DNA of 64,000 nt from the human T2T-CHM13v2.0 reference genome, Homo sapiens (GCF_009914755.1 NC_060931.1), one strand, 5' to 3'; numbered from the stretch's first letter, positions 28,645 through 41,923 are shown. Program-made: numbers and translations. The notes: generated by a model from the sequence alone, not told the origin.

Positions 28645-29265
28645 CTGGGAAAAAGATGAGAAGTATTTGGTAAAGTAGTACAAATACACAAATGGCATTC
28701 TAGGCTTGAGAGATTCCACAATCATCTAAGAGTACAAAGCCAGAACCCAGATCTCCTGACACTCGAAATCCTGACAATTTATGCATCAATATCCGTATAC
28801 CCTCTGGTGTAGTACGCCCCAAGCATGACTTGCCTCACTCCCGCATTCCAGAACCACGATTCAGAGTTTATTAATTACATAAATGAAACTTGTAACTCAC
28901 ATTCTGTCCTCTTGCCCTGAACTCTCTCTCTGCACTAGGATTATGGCTGCCTCTTCATAATCTGTGTCTTTCCCCTCAGCCTGCCTTGTTTGTTCCTTCC
29001 ATTTCTGTCATACACCTCAAGGAGAAATTTTGGTTAAAGGCAACGTGGAGTTGAGTTGAAAAATCTAGCAAAGGAGAAGATTCCCTAATAGGGAAAATAT
29101 CAGGCCTGAGCTTTTCCAATGCAAACAGATACAGAATGGATGGTACTCGTGGTTTATATAAGTAAGTAAGTCACACGGGAAGGCAACAACTACTTGCCCA
29201 GAGGGTCTCCTGTGCTCAGCCTCAAGATTTCAAGCTGTTTTGTAAGCTGCTAGAGACTTACTTAC

Positions 29266-29402
29266 CTCTCCAGATATTCCTTAACATTGTCATAACCATA
29301 AAACTTGGCCAGATGAATGAGGATTCCTGTGGCACAGCGGCCGTCACGCTTCCGACAGTAGCTGCAATTGCAGATCCCACGACAGGGGGGACACACCCAA
29401 TC
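29266..29402 (-). CDS. CDCA7L: CDCA7L exon 9 (second half of zf-4CXXC_R1)
   Basis: tctgttag|GAT...AG|gtaagt; 137 nt; [45 protein letters not shown]. Confidence 0.96.
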
Positions 29403-29599
29403 CTAACAGAGAGATGACAGCAGACACTTCGCTCATTATCTACAGGGTCTGGCAAGAACTGGGATTCGGATCCAGAATGGCTCAGCTGGCCTCTCCTCCA
29501 ACCTTTAATCACATGGCATCTTTCAGTCTACGTCCCAGGGGGCTCCTCACAAGGCAGGAAGGCTGAATCACCCCACGTCACATGCAAACACTGAAAAAT

Positions 29600-29710
29600 G
29601 ACACCTTTTAGGGCTCCTTGCTTAAAAATTATGGAGATTTTCACAAGCATTTGGCCAAGCACAGGGCCCTGTGCGAGCATGCAGGTCACAGGCCCAGGAT
29701 GTCAGCCCTG
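29600..29710 (-). mobile_element. MER91A-like fossil
   Basis: Reverse strand reads cagggctgac...gtgacctgcatgctcgcacagggccc, resembling the MER91A terminus. Confidence 0.5.
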
Positions 29711-30394
29711 GTTTAGGAGCACAAGGTTTCCAAAATATCAAGGTATGAATTTCAGCCCTTTCAATGTGTGCTTATTGTTGAATGACTAACCTGAGCAGCA
29801 GTTTGTTTGTCTGTCAGTTGAGGACCATATATTTACCCCATGACTGCTGCCTAAGAGGTCACACTCGGGAGCAGGACTGCCCCAGGCTCAAGGTCGTGCC
29901 TACTCACCATGATACTATGTCTCATTTTACCGAGGGAGCTGAGAGAGGTTATACACCTATTTCATGGGATTAAACAAATTTATGGTAACAGAGTGAGCGA
30001 CAGCTTGCACAGTGCCAGGCACACAGAGAGCACTCTATACTGCAATCTCCACCTCCCTCTCAGCCTGGCCCAGGAAAAACAAAACAAATCAGAGGGAAAT
30101 CACTTTGCTGAAGGACAGGTACAGGGATTACTTGCATAAAACTAGAGGACTGTAAGCAAGTTTTGCTCTGACAATGGAAAATCTAACATTAATTCTTCTA
30201 TTCACTGGTCAGCTTGCTCTCCTTCCAGAAGGAATCCCTATTTTTCATTTTCCCTGGAGCCTTAAGATACAAATGGAAGGGAAAAACCAGAGTTCTGGAG
30301 CTCCCTAGTTCCCAGTGAGAACCCAGGAGGCCCATCTTTATAGCTTGCTTCCTTCACCAATACAATTTACAACAAATGCAAACACTGTTCCTAC

Positions 30395-30544
30395 CGGGTC
30401 CAGCAATGCCGATCTGACATCCTCCCCATAGCGGTTCCGCAGGCATGGTCCACAGAACTGTCCTCGCACACCACAGCAACCCTGGTTCCGACACACTGTC
30501 TTGGTGTCGATGGTCTTTTGTCGACACTGATGGCACGTGTTACC
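30395..30544 (-). CDS. CDCA7L: CDCA7L exon 8 (first half of zf-4CXXC_R1)
   Basis: ccctgtag|GGT...CCG|gtagga; 150 nt; [50 protein letters not shown]. Confidence 0.96.
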
Positions 30545-30702
30545 CTACAGGGGGAAGGCAGTGAGCAGGTGAACACAGGGATATGCTGATGCCCAATGAG
30601 GCCAGATGCCACCATGTGCATTTCCAAGTATATGAAGAAATACCCCCGTCTCCTCGAATCAAGCAGGACTGTTTTCCTAAGAACCACAGCATTGTCTCTA
30701 GA

Positions 30703-31040
30703 CCGGGGTCCCCAGCCCCCAGGCTAGAACCAGTCTGTGGCCTGTTTGGAACCGGGCTGCACAGCAGGAAGTGAGCAGCGGACGGGCGAGCATTACCGCC
30801 TGAGCTCTGCCTCCTGTCAGATCAGCAGCAGCATTAGATTCTCATAGGAGCGCAAACCCTCTATTGTGAATTGCACATGTGAGGGATCTAGGTTGTGCAC
30901 CCTTTATAAGAATCTAATGCCCGATGATCTGAGGTGGAACAGTTTCATCCTGAAACCATCCCCTTCCTGCCCCCCAAATCCATGGAAAAACTGTCTTTCA
31001 CAAAACCAGTCCCTGGTGCCAAAAAGGTTGGGGACCACTG
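30703..31040 (+). mobile_element. MER1B (hAT-Charlie)
   Basis: ~338 bp; termini cggggtcccc...ggggaccactg; typical internal sequence; ctctaga target duplication on both sides. Confidence 0.9.
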
Positions 31041-31789
31041 CTCTAGAATGTAACCATCACAGGTCTGTGGCCAGAGAAACATATTAGGTCAGATGAGGCT
31101 GAGCAGAGACCCAGAAGGAATGAAATGATCAGGCTGTCAGGAAGAGAGACCAGAGAAAAGCTTGAGGCAGGGGTGGCAGAGCCCCTGAAAGGTGACAGGT
31201 GACTGAGGGGCAATGAGCCTTGGGTGGCATCACCTCGGCCCCAGCCTAGCTCTGCAGACCTGGATACCTTCAATGTGAGATCTATTTTTTTTTAAATATT
31301 GGCAACTAAATTTAAAACTTGACAGTGTCCCGTTACATATCCAGAAAAACACAAAAAAAATGCAGAACGCAAAGCCTCCCTCTAAATCACCATTTAGAAG
31401 AAATTTAACCCATTTCCTACCAAAGATATTCTGCCAAACTTTATTTTCTATGGTTATATTACCCCCCAAATATACTTTTTTCAATATTTAGAACATAAAA
31501 CTATATGCTTAAACCATAACAGTTACATATAAAAATCCCTTTTAAACTATACCGTTCCCTTCCCCCAGATTCTACGCATCCCTAAGAGAGACCGCCGTCC
31601 AGATGGGAATTACTGCACTAGGCTGCCTCCCCTTTCCCAGGTACAGCTGACTTTTGACCCTCCAATTCAGAGCCTGGCTCTGAGCCCTTGGTGAGATGGC
31701 ATAAGCCCTGATAGAGTTTAAAAACAAGTGAGATTTCAATACCAATGCCTTAGACTCCCAATAAGAATGACAATTAATGTATACTTTAC

Positions 31790-31915
31790 CAGAACTTTAT
31801 CATAGATTTTATCTCGAACAGTTATGGCAACATTTTCTAAGTCCTCTTCGGTGATATCCTCCACTGGCCGAAAAGAAGATATACGGTGACGTCGTCTGTA
31901 CTCCCGGCATTTCCC
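31790..31915 (-). CDS. CDCA7L: CDCA7L exon 7
   Basis: gtgcag|GGG...CTG|gtaaag; 126 nt; GKCREYRRRHRISSFRPVEDITEEDLENVAITVRDKIYDKVL. Confidence 0.95.
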
Positions 31916-32382
31916 CTGCACAATGAACACAAGCAGAACATGGAGATGTGTTGAGCAGTTATAAAAAAATTATAAATATTTTAAACTCTCAAAGATCTAG
32001 CACCATTAATGTTAACCCCGTCCCTCTTCTATTTCCCTGCAGCCATTTCATTTAGTTATTTACTGAGCTCCTGCCACCTGCCAAGCTTCCTTCTCAGCAA
32101 GGCGATACAATCATAAAGGAGGAACTCAAGGTTTTTGGTTCTTTGCTGTAAACTCTGTGGAGAGGTGAACCACACTGAACAGCCAAACCCACAAATGGGT
32201 CCACAGTTGCTCCCTCCAAACTGAAAGCGCTTGAAACGCCTCATGCCTAAAACAGAAAGGCAAGGAGGAATCACTGCACTTTTCTTTATTGCCTGCAGCA
32301 GAGATTAAAGCAGGGTCCTAACAAATGAGCTGCTTCTCAGCTCGGCTTGGATAAAAGACTCTCTCTGTGACCTCCAGCTTAG

Positions 32383-32530
32383 ACCAGGGCTGCTTCTCAA
32401 AGTGTGATCTCAGGAGCAATGGCATCACCTGGGAAGCAGAGAGAAATGCAAGTTCTCAGCTGCCGCAGACCCACGGGGTCAGAACCAGCCCTGGGGTGAC
32501 AGTGATGTGCGTTCACGTTTGGAGGGATGG
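32383..32530. mobile_element. MER5A-like fossil
   Basis: ttctcaaagtgtg...gcatcacctgggaag...agaaatgcaa. Confidence 0.6.
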
Positions 32531-32572
32531 TAGCTCAGACAAAAACTAATTCATGTATTAGTCAGAAAATAC

Positions 32573-32740
32573 CCCAATTGTCTTCCTTCTTCGGAAGCTG
32601 TAAAACTCTTCCGCAAATTTAGCGGCTGAGACAGTGAAGTTCTCTAGAGCAAACTTCTCAGGAGGCCGCGCACTCCGGGTTGGGTTCATACGCCGCGTGA
32701 TCTGTCCCTCCGAGAAGGCCCGCCTCACTGTCTTCTTCCT
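32573..32740 (-). CDS. CDCA7L: CDCA7L exon 6
   Basis: atttcag|AGG...GGG|gtattt; 168 nt; RKKTVRRAFSEGQITRRMNPTRSARPPEKFALENFTVSAAKFAEEFYSFRRRKTIG. Confidence 0.93.
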
Positions 32741-32851
32741 CTGAAATCAAGAGCACAGACAGAGACAACTGGGGACTCTCTCGAATAAAAGCCGTCTGGT
32801 GGCTGATCACCATATATCAGTATTGGTATAATTATAAGGAGTTCTACTTAC

Positions 32852-32923
32852 AGAAGCTGAGGTTGGGGTTCGTACTGGGAAGAAATCTGGCATCGAGTTC
32901 AATTCCGCCAATAACTGGGCAAG
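32852..32923 (-). CDS. CDCA7L: CDCA7L exon 5
   Basis: acttcag|CTT...TCT|gtaagt; 72 nt; LAQLLAELNSMPDFFPVRTPTSAS. Confidence 0.93.
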
Positions 32924-34413
32924 CTGAAGTTCAGAACAAAAGAAAGAATCTTACAAAAATAGGGCTCCAGGTTTAGGTCATCCAACACCTATCTCAAGTC
33001 TTCCATTTTGCCACCATAAGAAACCTAACTTGAATAGTTTATATAACCCACAACAGTTATACTTTTAACCTCACATGTAAAGATTGTACCTCCAGACCTG
33101 AGATGCTGATGTCATCATTCATATGAATGAACACTAGCCTATTCCTTATATATAAGGACAACACAACACTATGAAAACAGTCCTGGAATGATCAAGACCT
33201 GGAGCATGAGGTTCCGATCCCGACTCGGAGGCTAATCCAAGGCGGTGTGACCCTGGGACAATTCATTTTGCACACGTGAGTCTCAAGTTTCAGGATGTTC
33301 AAAAAAGAAAAAGCTCAACTAGATTATTTCGATGGTTATTTAGAACTCCAAAAGTCTGATTCTTTAAATAGATTAATTTCTCATCAATCAAAGTAATCTA
33401 TGAAGATATTCCTACGTGAACTAATAATACCAAATAATAGGCATTAATATGCCAGAGAATTTAATTAGGATTCGTTTTAGTTTATACAATTATATGAGTG
33501 CCACCAAAAAAATCATAAAGAAAATAGCTTATTTTAAAGATGCAGATGGATACAGTGCTGAAAATTTCCCTTAGCTAAGTAAAAATGTTTCTTAGGATAA
33601 AAATAATCCGAAAGTAGGCATTCCATTTTTGTAAGTAATTTATATTAGACATATAAGCTTGCATATACAGTATCACTGCATCATTCTTTTTTTAAAAGGA
33701 AAAGATTAAAAAATTACCAAAATGCTAAAAGGGATAAGTGGTAGAACTATTTAAAAAAAAACTGTAGATAAACAATTATGAAGCAAACAATGATTCTCTA
33801 CAATGATCAGATTAACAGTAATTGATTATATACAGAAAAACCAAATATATGTAACAAAGATTTCACCTGGTTCCATTCATTGTTCTAATGAAGACAATGT
33901 AGAGTGAATTAACACTGTTGAGGTTGTTTTAATTCCTAGACCTCTTCCATTCCTTCAGAAGTCTCAGAACCAGTGCTGGTCACCATAGAAGAGTGGTTCT
34001 GTGGTGAAAAGCTACCTGCCCAACCTGCTCCTTGCAACTTCTCAGTGGACTTGGTGACATCCCACTTCCCCTGCTTTACTCTGCTGGGAACGGGCTAGTT
34101 GTTCAGCCCCTCTCATCCCCAACACAACTATATACTTAGAACTTAGCTTGGTCAACAGTAAGCAGCATTATGGCACCATGTAGGGGCTAAAAATGGTGCT
34201 GGGGAATCTCTTTCTGTTCCCAAACCAGAGCTGATCATGTAATAGTTGCTCTGGGTTCTGGAAAAGTAAAAGGATACACAATACCCAGAGTATATTTTCT
34301 TGACAGAAGCCAAAGCAACAGCAGCAGCTGTAGGAGCAAAGTGGTTCTGGGAGCCCAGCAACTGCTGCCAGAGCCTGGTGCCAACTCCCAGGACGCCCTC
34401 CGTGAAGCCTCAC

Positions 34414-34791
34414 CATGGCTTTGTTCTCCTTGATGTTCATGGTCCTTTTCAGCAAAGCATCTGAACTCTCCTGGCTCTCATCCCGAGAGTCATCCTCAGA
34501 CTCAGAGGTAGAATCTTCCCTTTGTATCACCTGTCTACAGTCTTTCTTTCTTTCAAGAATTGTTTTTTTCTCATTCTGTAAGCGTGCGCTAGAAAACAAC
34601 TGCTCGGAAGAACTGTTTTTATCTGGTTTGTTGGCCAGCTTCTTGGTGGGGAACTGAAAGGCTACTCGAAGACCAATACTACTTCTTCTAGACCTGCTTC
34701 TTCTAGGGGTAGCCTTATCTTCTTCTTCATCTTCCTCTTCCTCGCTCACCAAAGATGCTTTGCCATCATCACTCAAATCTGACTCCACGAC
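34414..34791 (-). CDS. CDCA7L: CDCA7L exon 4
   Basis: ttttattag|GTC...ATG|gtgagg; 378 nt; VVESDLSDDGKASLVSEEEEDEEED...LLKRTMNIKENKAM. Confidence 0.95.
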
Positions 34792-37285
34792 CTAATAAAA
34801 TAAGAGCAAGAAAAAGCACAAAGACACTGTTACAGACCCACAAAAAAGACATGCATTTAAAACAACTGACAGCATTATGAGAAAAAACATGAAAAATGAA
34901 AAGCTTCCCCTTCATATTATGAGTTCCCTCTGAATTTCCTTTAAATGTGCAAGAAATTGGTTGATGAATAAAATCAGAGAGCAGGCAACCTACTACTGAA
35001 CTGTGCACCATCATACCCGCGACAGAAATGGGTTCCATTCAGAGCATGAGGGCTGTAAGCAAAACACTGACAGGGTGGGTTCCTCCACCGTGGGACAACC
35101 AGGGAGCACCAGCAAGAGGAGAGACAGTCACAGAAAAGGAGAGACAGCAGCATGACAGATGTGATCTTCAGACAGGAAAGGACGCAACGGGGGAAAAATG
35201 CTGACTGGTCTCCTCTAAATAGCAGGAACCAGACTCCTGAATAACAGGGCGGGAGAGCTGACTGCACCTCAGGGCAGTGACCCAGGACAGGCAGATGACC
35301 TGCCACTGCGTCCTCAGTCAAGGGGCACCTTTCCCTTCTCTGGAACCCTCAGAGCCATGAGGTGAAACCAGGTCACAAAGCTCTACAGGTTGTAGCAAAA
35401 CACCACTCAGTCAACTCAAGAAATCCTCACCCGACATTTTCAAATTCCACATGGCAGAGGTCTCCAGCATTCAAACATTGCTCTGTTTTACAAGTGAGAA
35501 CACAGTAAATATGGAAGGCAGTAACAGGGATACATCACCTAGGTGACAGCTTGGATGTGACGGGACTCTTAGCAGTGGTACAGAGACAGGTTTAAGTATG
35601 TAAGATCTAGGACGTCTTCTGGGCATCCTTCCATGACCAGAAGCTAGAAAACTTTGGGAACCATTATCTGGGAATTCTGAAAATCTACCAAGAACACGGA
35701 ATGGCACCGATACGGACCCAGGATCAGTTCAGGGACTCTGCTTCCTCCCCGGTGACGACCATCAACCCCAAACTCTCGTTGGACTAAAGTTAGAAATAAG
35801 ACACAGGGAGAAAAAAAACGCAGATAACTGCCAACCCTGGTATATCCACACCAAGCCAAGTGAGGAGTAAGACTATATGGCACTGATTTATCTATTTTTT
35901 AATACCCTGAACTTCCCATATTAATAGCTTCAGAATTCAAAATGGTGTACTGCAAAGGAACCCAATTTTAGGGGACACTGTCAGGGAAGAACTTCAGTTT
36001 TGATCCATTTATCTACCATCCTCATCATCGACAGGCCTCTCTTTACCAGATGTGGAACAGCTCACTACAGAGGCCTGAAGGAAGGAAAGAACAAATGGTA
36101 CACAGCAGCCCAGAATCAGACCCAAGAGAAGAGCACAAGTGTAGTACATGGATGTGGTTATTTCGCATCCGGCCAGCAGACCCCTGGAAACCAAGTTACA
36201 GCAATGTCCCATTATCAAGAAAGATAGGTTCGCCAGTTCCCACAGGGGTGGGCAGGAGGGTGGGCTGGGAGGCAACAATGCTTTTCTTCTCACTGGATTC
36301 TAAAATAAAATTTGCAAGGGCCTGTGCTGAACTGTAAGCTATATCATGATCTATGTAACTACATCACACAGTCCATAGACTTGGGGGCAGGTGGGAGGGA
36401 AGACTTCTGGGGTAATTCACTTTCTCTCACTAGAAATGCAAATGCTTCGAATAACCAGACATCACTTCACTAAAGAACAGAAAATAAGTACATTGCTAAC
36501 TGATGATGCCCATTAGGGTTTTAGAAGCATCTTAATATCGTGCTGGCAAGAAGCTAGGGACTTGCTGGCCAGAACTGATGGAACTGCCACACAAACAGCT
36601 TCTGCAAAGAAAGCCAAAGGAGACCTGGGGCCTCCAGGCTGGCACAGCTCTATGTTGCTACTCATAGCAAAAAATCACTATCAAACGAAGCAGCCTACCA
36701 TGCGGGCTTTTATGCTCTACATTCTCTCCTAGGACAAGTGAGGGACATGGCAGGCTAGGAGTCACGGCTTATTTATACCTCTACACAGTCTCTGCCAAAA
36801 GTTAGTCTTTAGCAGCTTCTGGCTGTGAAGAGGCGTAAACTCTACGTTCCATCTTCATACTGAAGAAGATAGTAGCATGTTTATTTTTTGCATAAATGTA
36901 TGCTATTTTTAGCAGAAAACATTTCTGCACTTAAATCTGAAGGCTGTGCCTTAAAGTTACCTTCAGGTTCAAACACGAGTGGGCAGTAAACTAGCCTAAC
37001 TGTGCAGGATAAAACAAACAAATAACTAACAAGTCTGTTCATAGGAAGTGCTGAGAGTAGACTTCCCTCCAGAATCCAGGCAGGCCTGGGTCATCTTTAA
37101 CACTAAAAAGCATGACAAATCCAAATCCACAATGCATGGGGAACACCAAGTTTGTACCACAGCCAAATTTTTGCCAAATTAACTTCAAACCAAAAACTGT
37201 CACTTCACACACAGTAAGAAAGTATCTCAAGAAAGTTGTCATCTAAGATAAACTTTTAGATAAAAGAGGTTTAAGGAACTCTTGA

Positions 37286-37608
<323 letters not shown>

Positions 37609-37898
37609 AAGAGAGATAAATTCTTTGAGAAGGACAATAAAGGACGCCTGGGACACATCCCCAAAAACCCCCTAAGGCACGAGGAGAAGATGAATGTATT
37701 TTCTCTAAGAGAATAATGGACTGGTGGACCAGGGATTAGCCTTCCAGGAGCAATTTTTTTAGGTTATGTTAATTGCTTGTAAGATAAATATGTAAGAAAA
37801 ATCTTTTCACTTGTGAAGTGACTGCTTACAAGTAAAACTCTTTCAGAAACAGGATTAAAAACGTTACCACCCACATCCCTTCCTGTTGTAATTATTAC

Positions 37899-38036
37899 CA
37901 TTACTTCTGGGTTAGTCTTTCCATTCAGATCACTCTGCGTAAATCCTGCAAAATCCTCAGTCTCTGAGTCAGTGTCCTCTATAAAAATTCTTCTTAGCTC
38001 TTCTGTGAAGTATTTGGAATGAAAGCGCACATCCTG
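37899..38036 (-). CDS. CDCA7L: CDCA7L exon 3 (second FxGF motif; NAGNAG acceptor)
   Basis: atttag|CAG GAT...ATG|gtaata; 138 nt (135 with the distal AG); QDVRFHSKYFTEELRRIFIEDTDSETEDFAGFTQSDLNGKTNPEVM. Confidence 0.93.
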
Positions 38037-38060
38037 CTAAATTAAAGACACACATACATC

Positions 38061-38258
38061 AGAGACGGAAAGTAGAATAGAGGTTACCAGGGAAGGGTAG
38101 AATGAGGAGCTACTGAACGGGTACAGAGCTTCTGATGGAGATGACGAAAATGGATGGACAACAATGTGAATGTACTTAATGCACTGAACTGTACACATCA
38201 AAAACAGCTGAAATGATATACTTCATGTTATGTGTATTTTACCACAAAAAAAAAAAAA
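38061..38258 (+). mobile_element. L1MB 3' terminal fragment
   Basis: agagacggaaagtagaatagaggttaccag...tgttatgtgtattttaccac plus A tail. Confidence 0.75.
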
Positions 38259-38262
38259 CACT

Positions 38263-38582
38263 GGCCGGGTACAGTGGCTCACCCTGTAATCCCAGCACTT
38301 TGGGAGACCGAGGCAGGCAGATCACTTGAACTCAGGAGTTCAAGACCAGCCTGAGCAACATAGTGAGACCTCATCTCTGCAAAAAATACAAAAATTAGCT
38401 GGGTCTGGTGGCATGTACCTGTAGTCCCAGCTACTTGGGAGGCTAAGGTGGGAGGATTACCCAACCCTGGGAGGTCGAGGCTGCAGTGAGCTGCACACCA
38501 ATGCACTCCAGCCTGCGTTGCAGCCAAGATCACACCATTGCACTCCAGCCTGGTGACAGAGTGAGACCCTCTCTCAAAAAAA
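38263..38582 (+). mobile_element. Alu (AluJ-like) with an internal duplication
   Basis: Full dimer; cacca(a/t)tgcactccagcctg occurs twice. Confidence 0.88.
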
Positions 38583-41500
38583 CCCGCATACGTACACGTA
38601 TATATTACATATATACACATTTTCTAAAGCTTACAAAATTCAGACCTACAAGACAGACAATTTTTAAAAATTGGGTGTAGTCTCAATCAGCTTCTAATGT
38701 GACTGGTAAGTGCTCATGGAATTCAGCTTCTCCTGCCAAAGCTGGCAACCAGACACGTCTGCTTTCACATAGAACCAAAACACATGGAAAGAAGATATGA
38801 GGAGAAAACCTGGCTCCCTCCCACGTGTTGGCTTCCCTTTCCAACAGCCTTTCAAAGCCGGAGTCTCCTCCAAGTGGGTGAGCATGCCTCCCATTCACCA
38901 ACAGCGAGCTTCTCTGTAGGAAAAGGCTGGGGCCTCTCTCAGCCCCCACCGCCCACCACCAGAGAGCCTAGACTTGCTCCATGAGCAGACACCATGGGGG
39001 CCTGATGGAAAGCTCATTCAAGGTCACCCCCAGGAATTTCTCTCGTGCAGGAGGTGAGAGGTGAACAACCATGGCTAGGTGGCAAGTGAGCAGAAGGAAA
39101 GATGCAATGTGACTCTTTAAGAAAAGGCATTTTCTAATACTTTTTCTTTTGAAATAGTGCAAAGATGGAAACCCAACTCTCTTAATAGTATACTTGAAAG
39201 AAAGAGGAAATAACAAACTGCAGGCCAAAGGGAGACCCACGAGACCAGCCCCCTGCAAGCCCGCCACACCTCATCAAGACTAGAGTCTGTCCCCAGTTTC
39301 CTCTGACGTCTCTTCCCCCCATCTCTGATATAGCAATGACCCCTTGTAACACCACACTTGGCGGGGAATCTGTATCTACCCCACTGCGTTTCCCCGCCTT
39401 TAATTATATACTTCTTTGAGCTCATATATCTCTGGGGAAAGATAGATATAATAGACAAGTGGAAAAACTTACAGGGGCACACAGAAAGAAATGCCTACAT
39501 CTAGCATTCTGTAAGCTTAAAAATGTCTCCTATGAATTATTATGGGTAATTGGAGTGAGTTTGCTCAGAGCTGAATTACTTTGTTCCTTTGTTGATAGCT
39601 GTAGTGCAGCTGCTTGAAAAAAAAAATTGCACACACAAAAGGGAAGTTTCTTTAAAGTGAAATTCAAATCGTGTTTAAGGGAGACCAGAGTTAGCATACA
39701 CATACTGTGTGCAAGTTCATGCAGCTTCTCTCTATTGGTTAAAATGGATCATGAGCCTGTGGGGTCGGGGTAGAGAAGCAGCCAGGGCTTGATTATTAAG
39801 GAAGAATGGTACACAGCTGCTGCTAAGGAAACCCACCATGCACCTGAGGCCTCTCAGTGCAAGAAACATCTGGCTCACAGAGCCTTGGGCCAGCCCCTGC
39901 AGGCTAATTTAGAGTGGTATTTCTGTGTGCAAATTTCATCAACTACCTAAAGCCCCTGCCTAGGGCCTGAAGGGAACAGGGCAAGCCTTGAAGCTATGAG
40001 TTCCCATCTTCCAGTTTTTCTGGCTATTTTGATCCTGTGTGCTGGCCTCCCAGGGCAATGGGCATCTTGGGAGAGATTACCATCTTTGATGGTCAGTCCT
40101 GATAGAGAAAAACAACTTACCATTGTCCTGAACTGAGGCCTGTGCTTTAGTTTCCTTACTCCAAAGTGTGTAAGTACTGTTTTCCATGTGGGTCTGTATG
40201 ATGCCAATCTCCACTCCACACTGCTCCACTGCATTCTGAGTTAGAAACCCTGGCACTGCTGATTGCTCTCTGGCACTGGTTCATTCATCTTCAAAATCAA
40301 TACTGGGTGCTATGCTATAGGCCTTGGTCATCTACCATGATCAGGACCATAAGCAAATAACACATCAGAGGAGAAGCTAACATAGGTGGATAAACTTATT
40401 TTGAAGTCCATGTGACATGGAAGAAACAGACCAGAGAGCAATGGCCTGTTGAACCAGACAGCCAGACAAGCACCCCATTTCAACTGCACCCAGCAAACAA
40501 CACCCCCCGTGCTCACTGTATACAGTCAGGTGGGGTGTTGGATGCTTGAAATCAGAGGAAAGGAACAATACATGAGGACGAAAAGTCAGAGCCAGGGAAG
40601 CTAGAAAGCACCATTCAAGTATGAGGTCTCCCCTTCTTAAGGAGTTTATAATCTAACAGGGAGGCAGACAGGTCCACGAATAACCCTGGTGAGGGTCAGT
40701 GCTCTAAGGGATACAAAGCAATATGGCACACGGAGGGAAAGAAAATCCAGTAAGACTTCATGGAAGAAGTAGCATAACTGGATGTGAGCCACGGTAGAGG
40801 CTAGAAAAATGGTGAGAGCACAGATAGGCAGGAACAGCATGGACCAGTGGGCAGAAAGGGCAGAACAGTGGATAATGAGAGTGTCAGTTCAGTTCCTGTG
40901 CCCTGCAGCATAGCAGGTAGGAAAGAGACCCGGCGGGGTAAGAGGCTGAGAAGTGGTGGCCCTGGATTTGGAACATCCCAGCTTGGTACTTCCCAGATGT
41001 GGGGCCTTGGGCAAGTCATTACACCTTCCTGAACGTCAGTTTCATCACTTGCAAAACTGCAGCTTCCCAGGGAGGTCTGTGGATTAAATGCAGTATCTGT
41101 ATGAAAAGCAGTTGGCACACTGTCCTCCCTGGGGAGAACACACCTGACTACAAAAGGAGTCATCATAGCAGCAGAAGCAGCTGTTCTGTTTCTTAATGCC
41201 CGGTGCCTGCCAGGCTCTGTGCTCGGCCCTTTAGACATGTTCTGCCTTGCTCAAATGCTCCTCAAGGTGGATCCAACAGGCTCTGCTCTCCCCACCGCCT
41301 GACTGTGCTCAGATGGAGGGCTAAGGGAGGAGCTGACCGGAGGTCAATCCTATAACAGATCCTAGTAGGAAGGGATGAGCATTCGGGTAAGAGCTACGAG
41401 GGCTACGGCAGCTGCAGAGGGAAGGGAAGGATGGACACCAGGAACACAGCAGAAGTTTCATCAACTCCTGGACGGGAGTCAAGGAGATGGAAGAGGGGAG

Positions 41501-41796
41501 GGAAGGCCAAGAACAAAAGATGGAAATCAAGATGGGGAAAGGGGGAAGCCAGAAAGACAACCAAGGGAAGGAGAAGTGAGTTTCAGATCTCCCTTAGCAA
41601 CCAGGACCAGTCCAACTGGTAGTCAGAAACCACCTGGGGCTGGAGAGAGAAGACAAGCTCCACAAAAGAATACAGTAACAGCTCAAAGCAGGACAACAGA
41701 CAAGATTCACTAAGTGAGAAGACTGAAGACAAACCTTAGAGAACATCTGCATTTAGGGACACGAACAGGGAAAACAAGTGACAGTAACAAAAAGCA

Positions 41797-41923
41797 GGCC
41801 AGGTACAGTGGCTCACGCCTGTAATTCCAGCACTTTCGGAGGCCAAGGCGGGCAGATCACCTGAGGTCGGGAGTTTGAGACCAGCCTGGCCAATATGGCA
41901 AAACCCCATCACTACTAAAAAAA

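Noticed and set aside
34168-34413. Open frame continuing 82 codons past CDCA7L exon 4
   Set aside because: There is a strong donor (ATG|gtgagg) at 34414 and the extension looks non-coding; nothing supports an alternative terminal exon.
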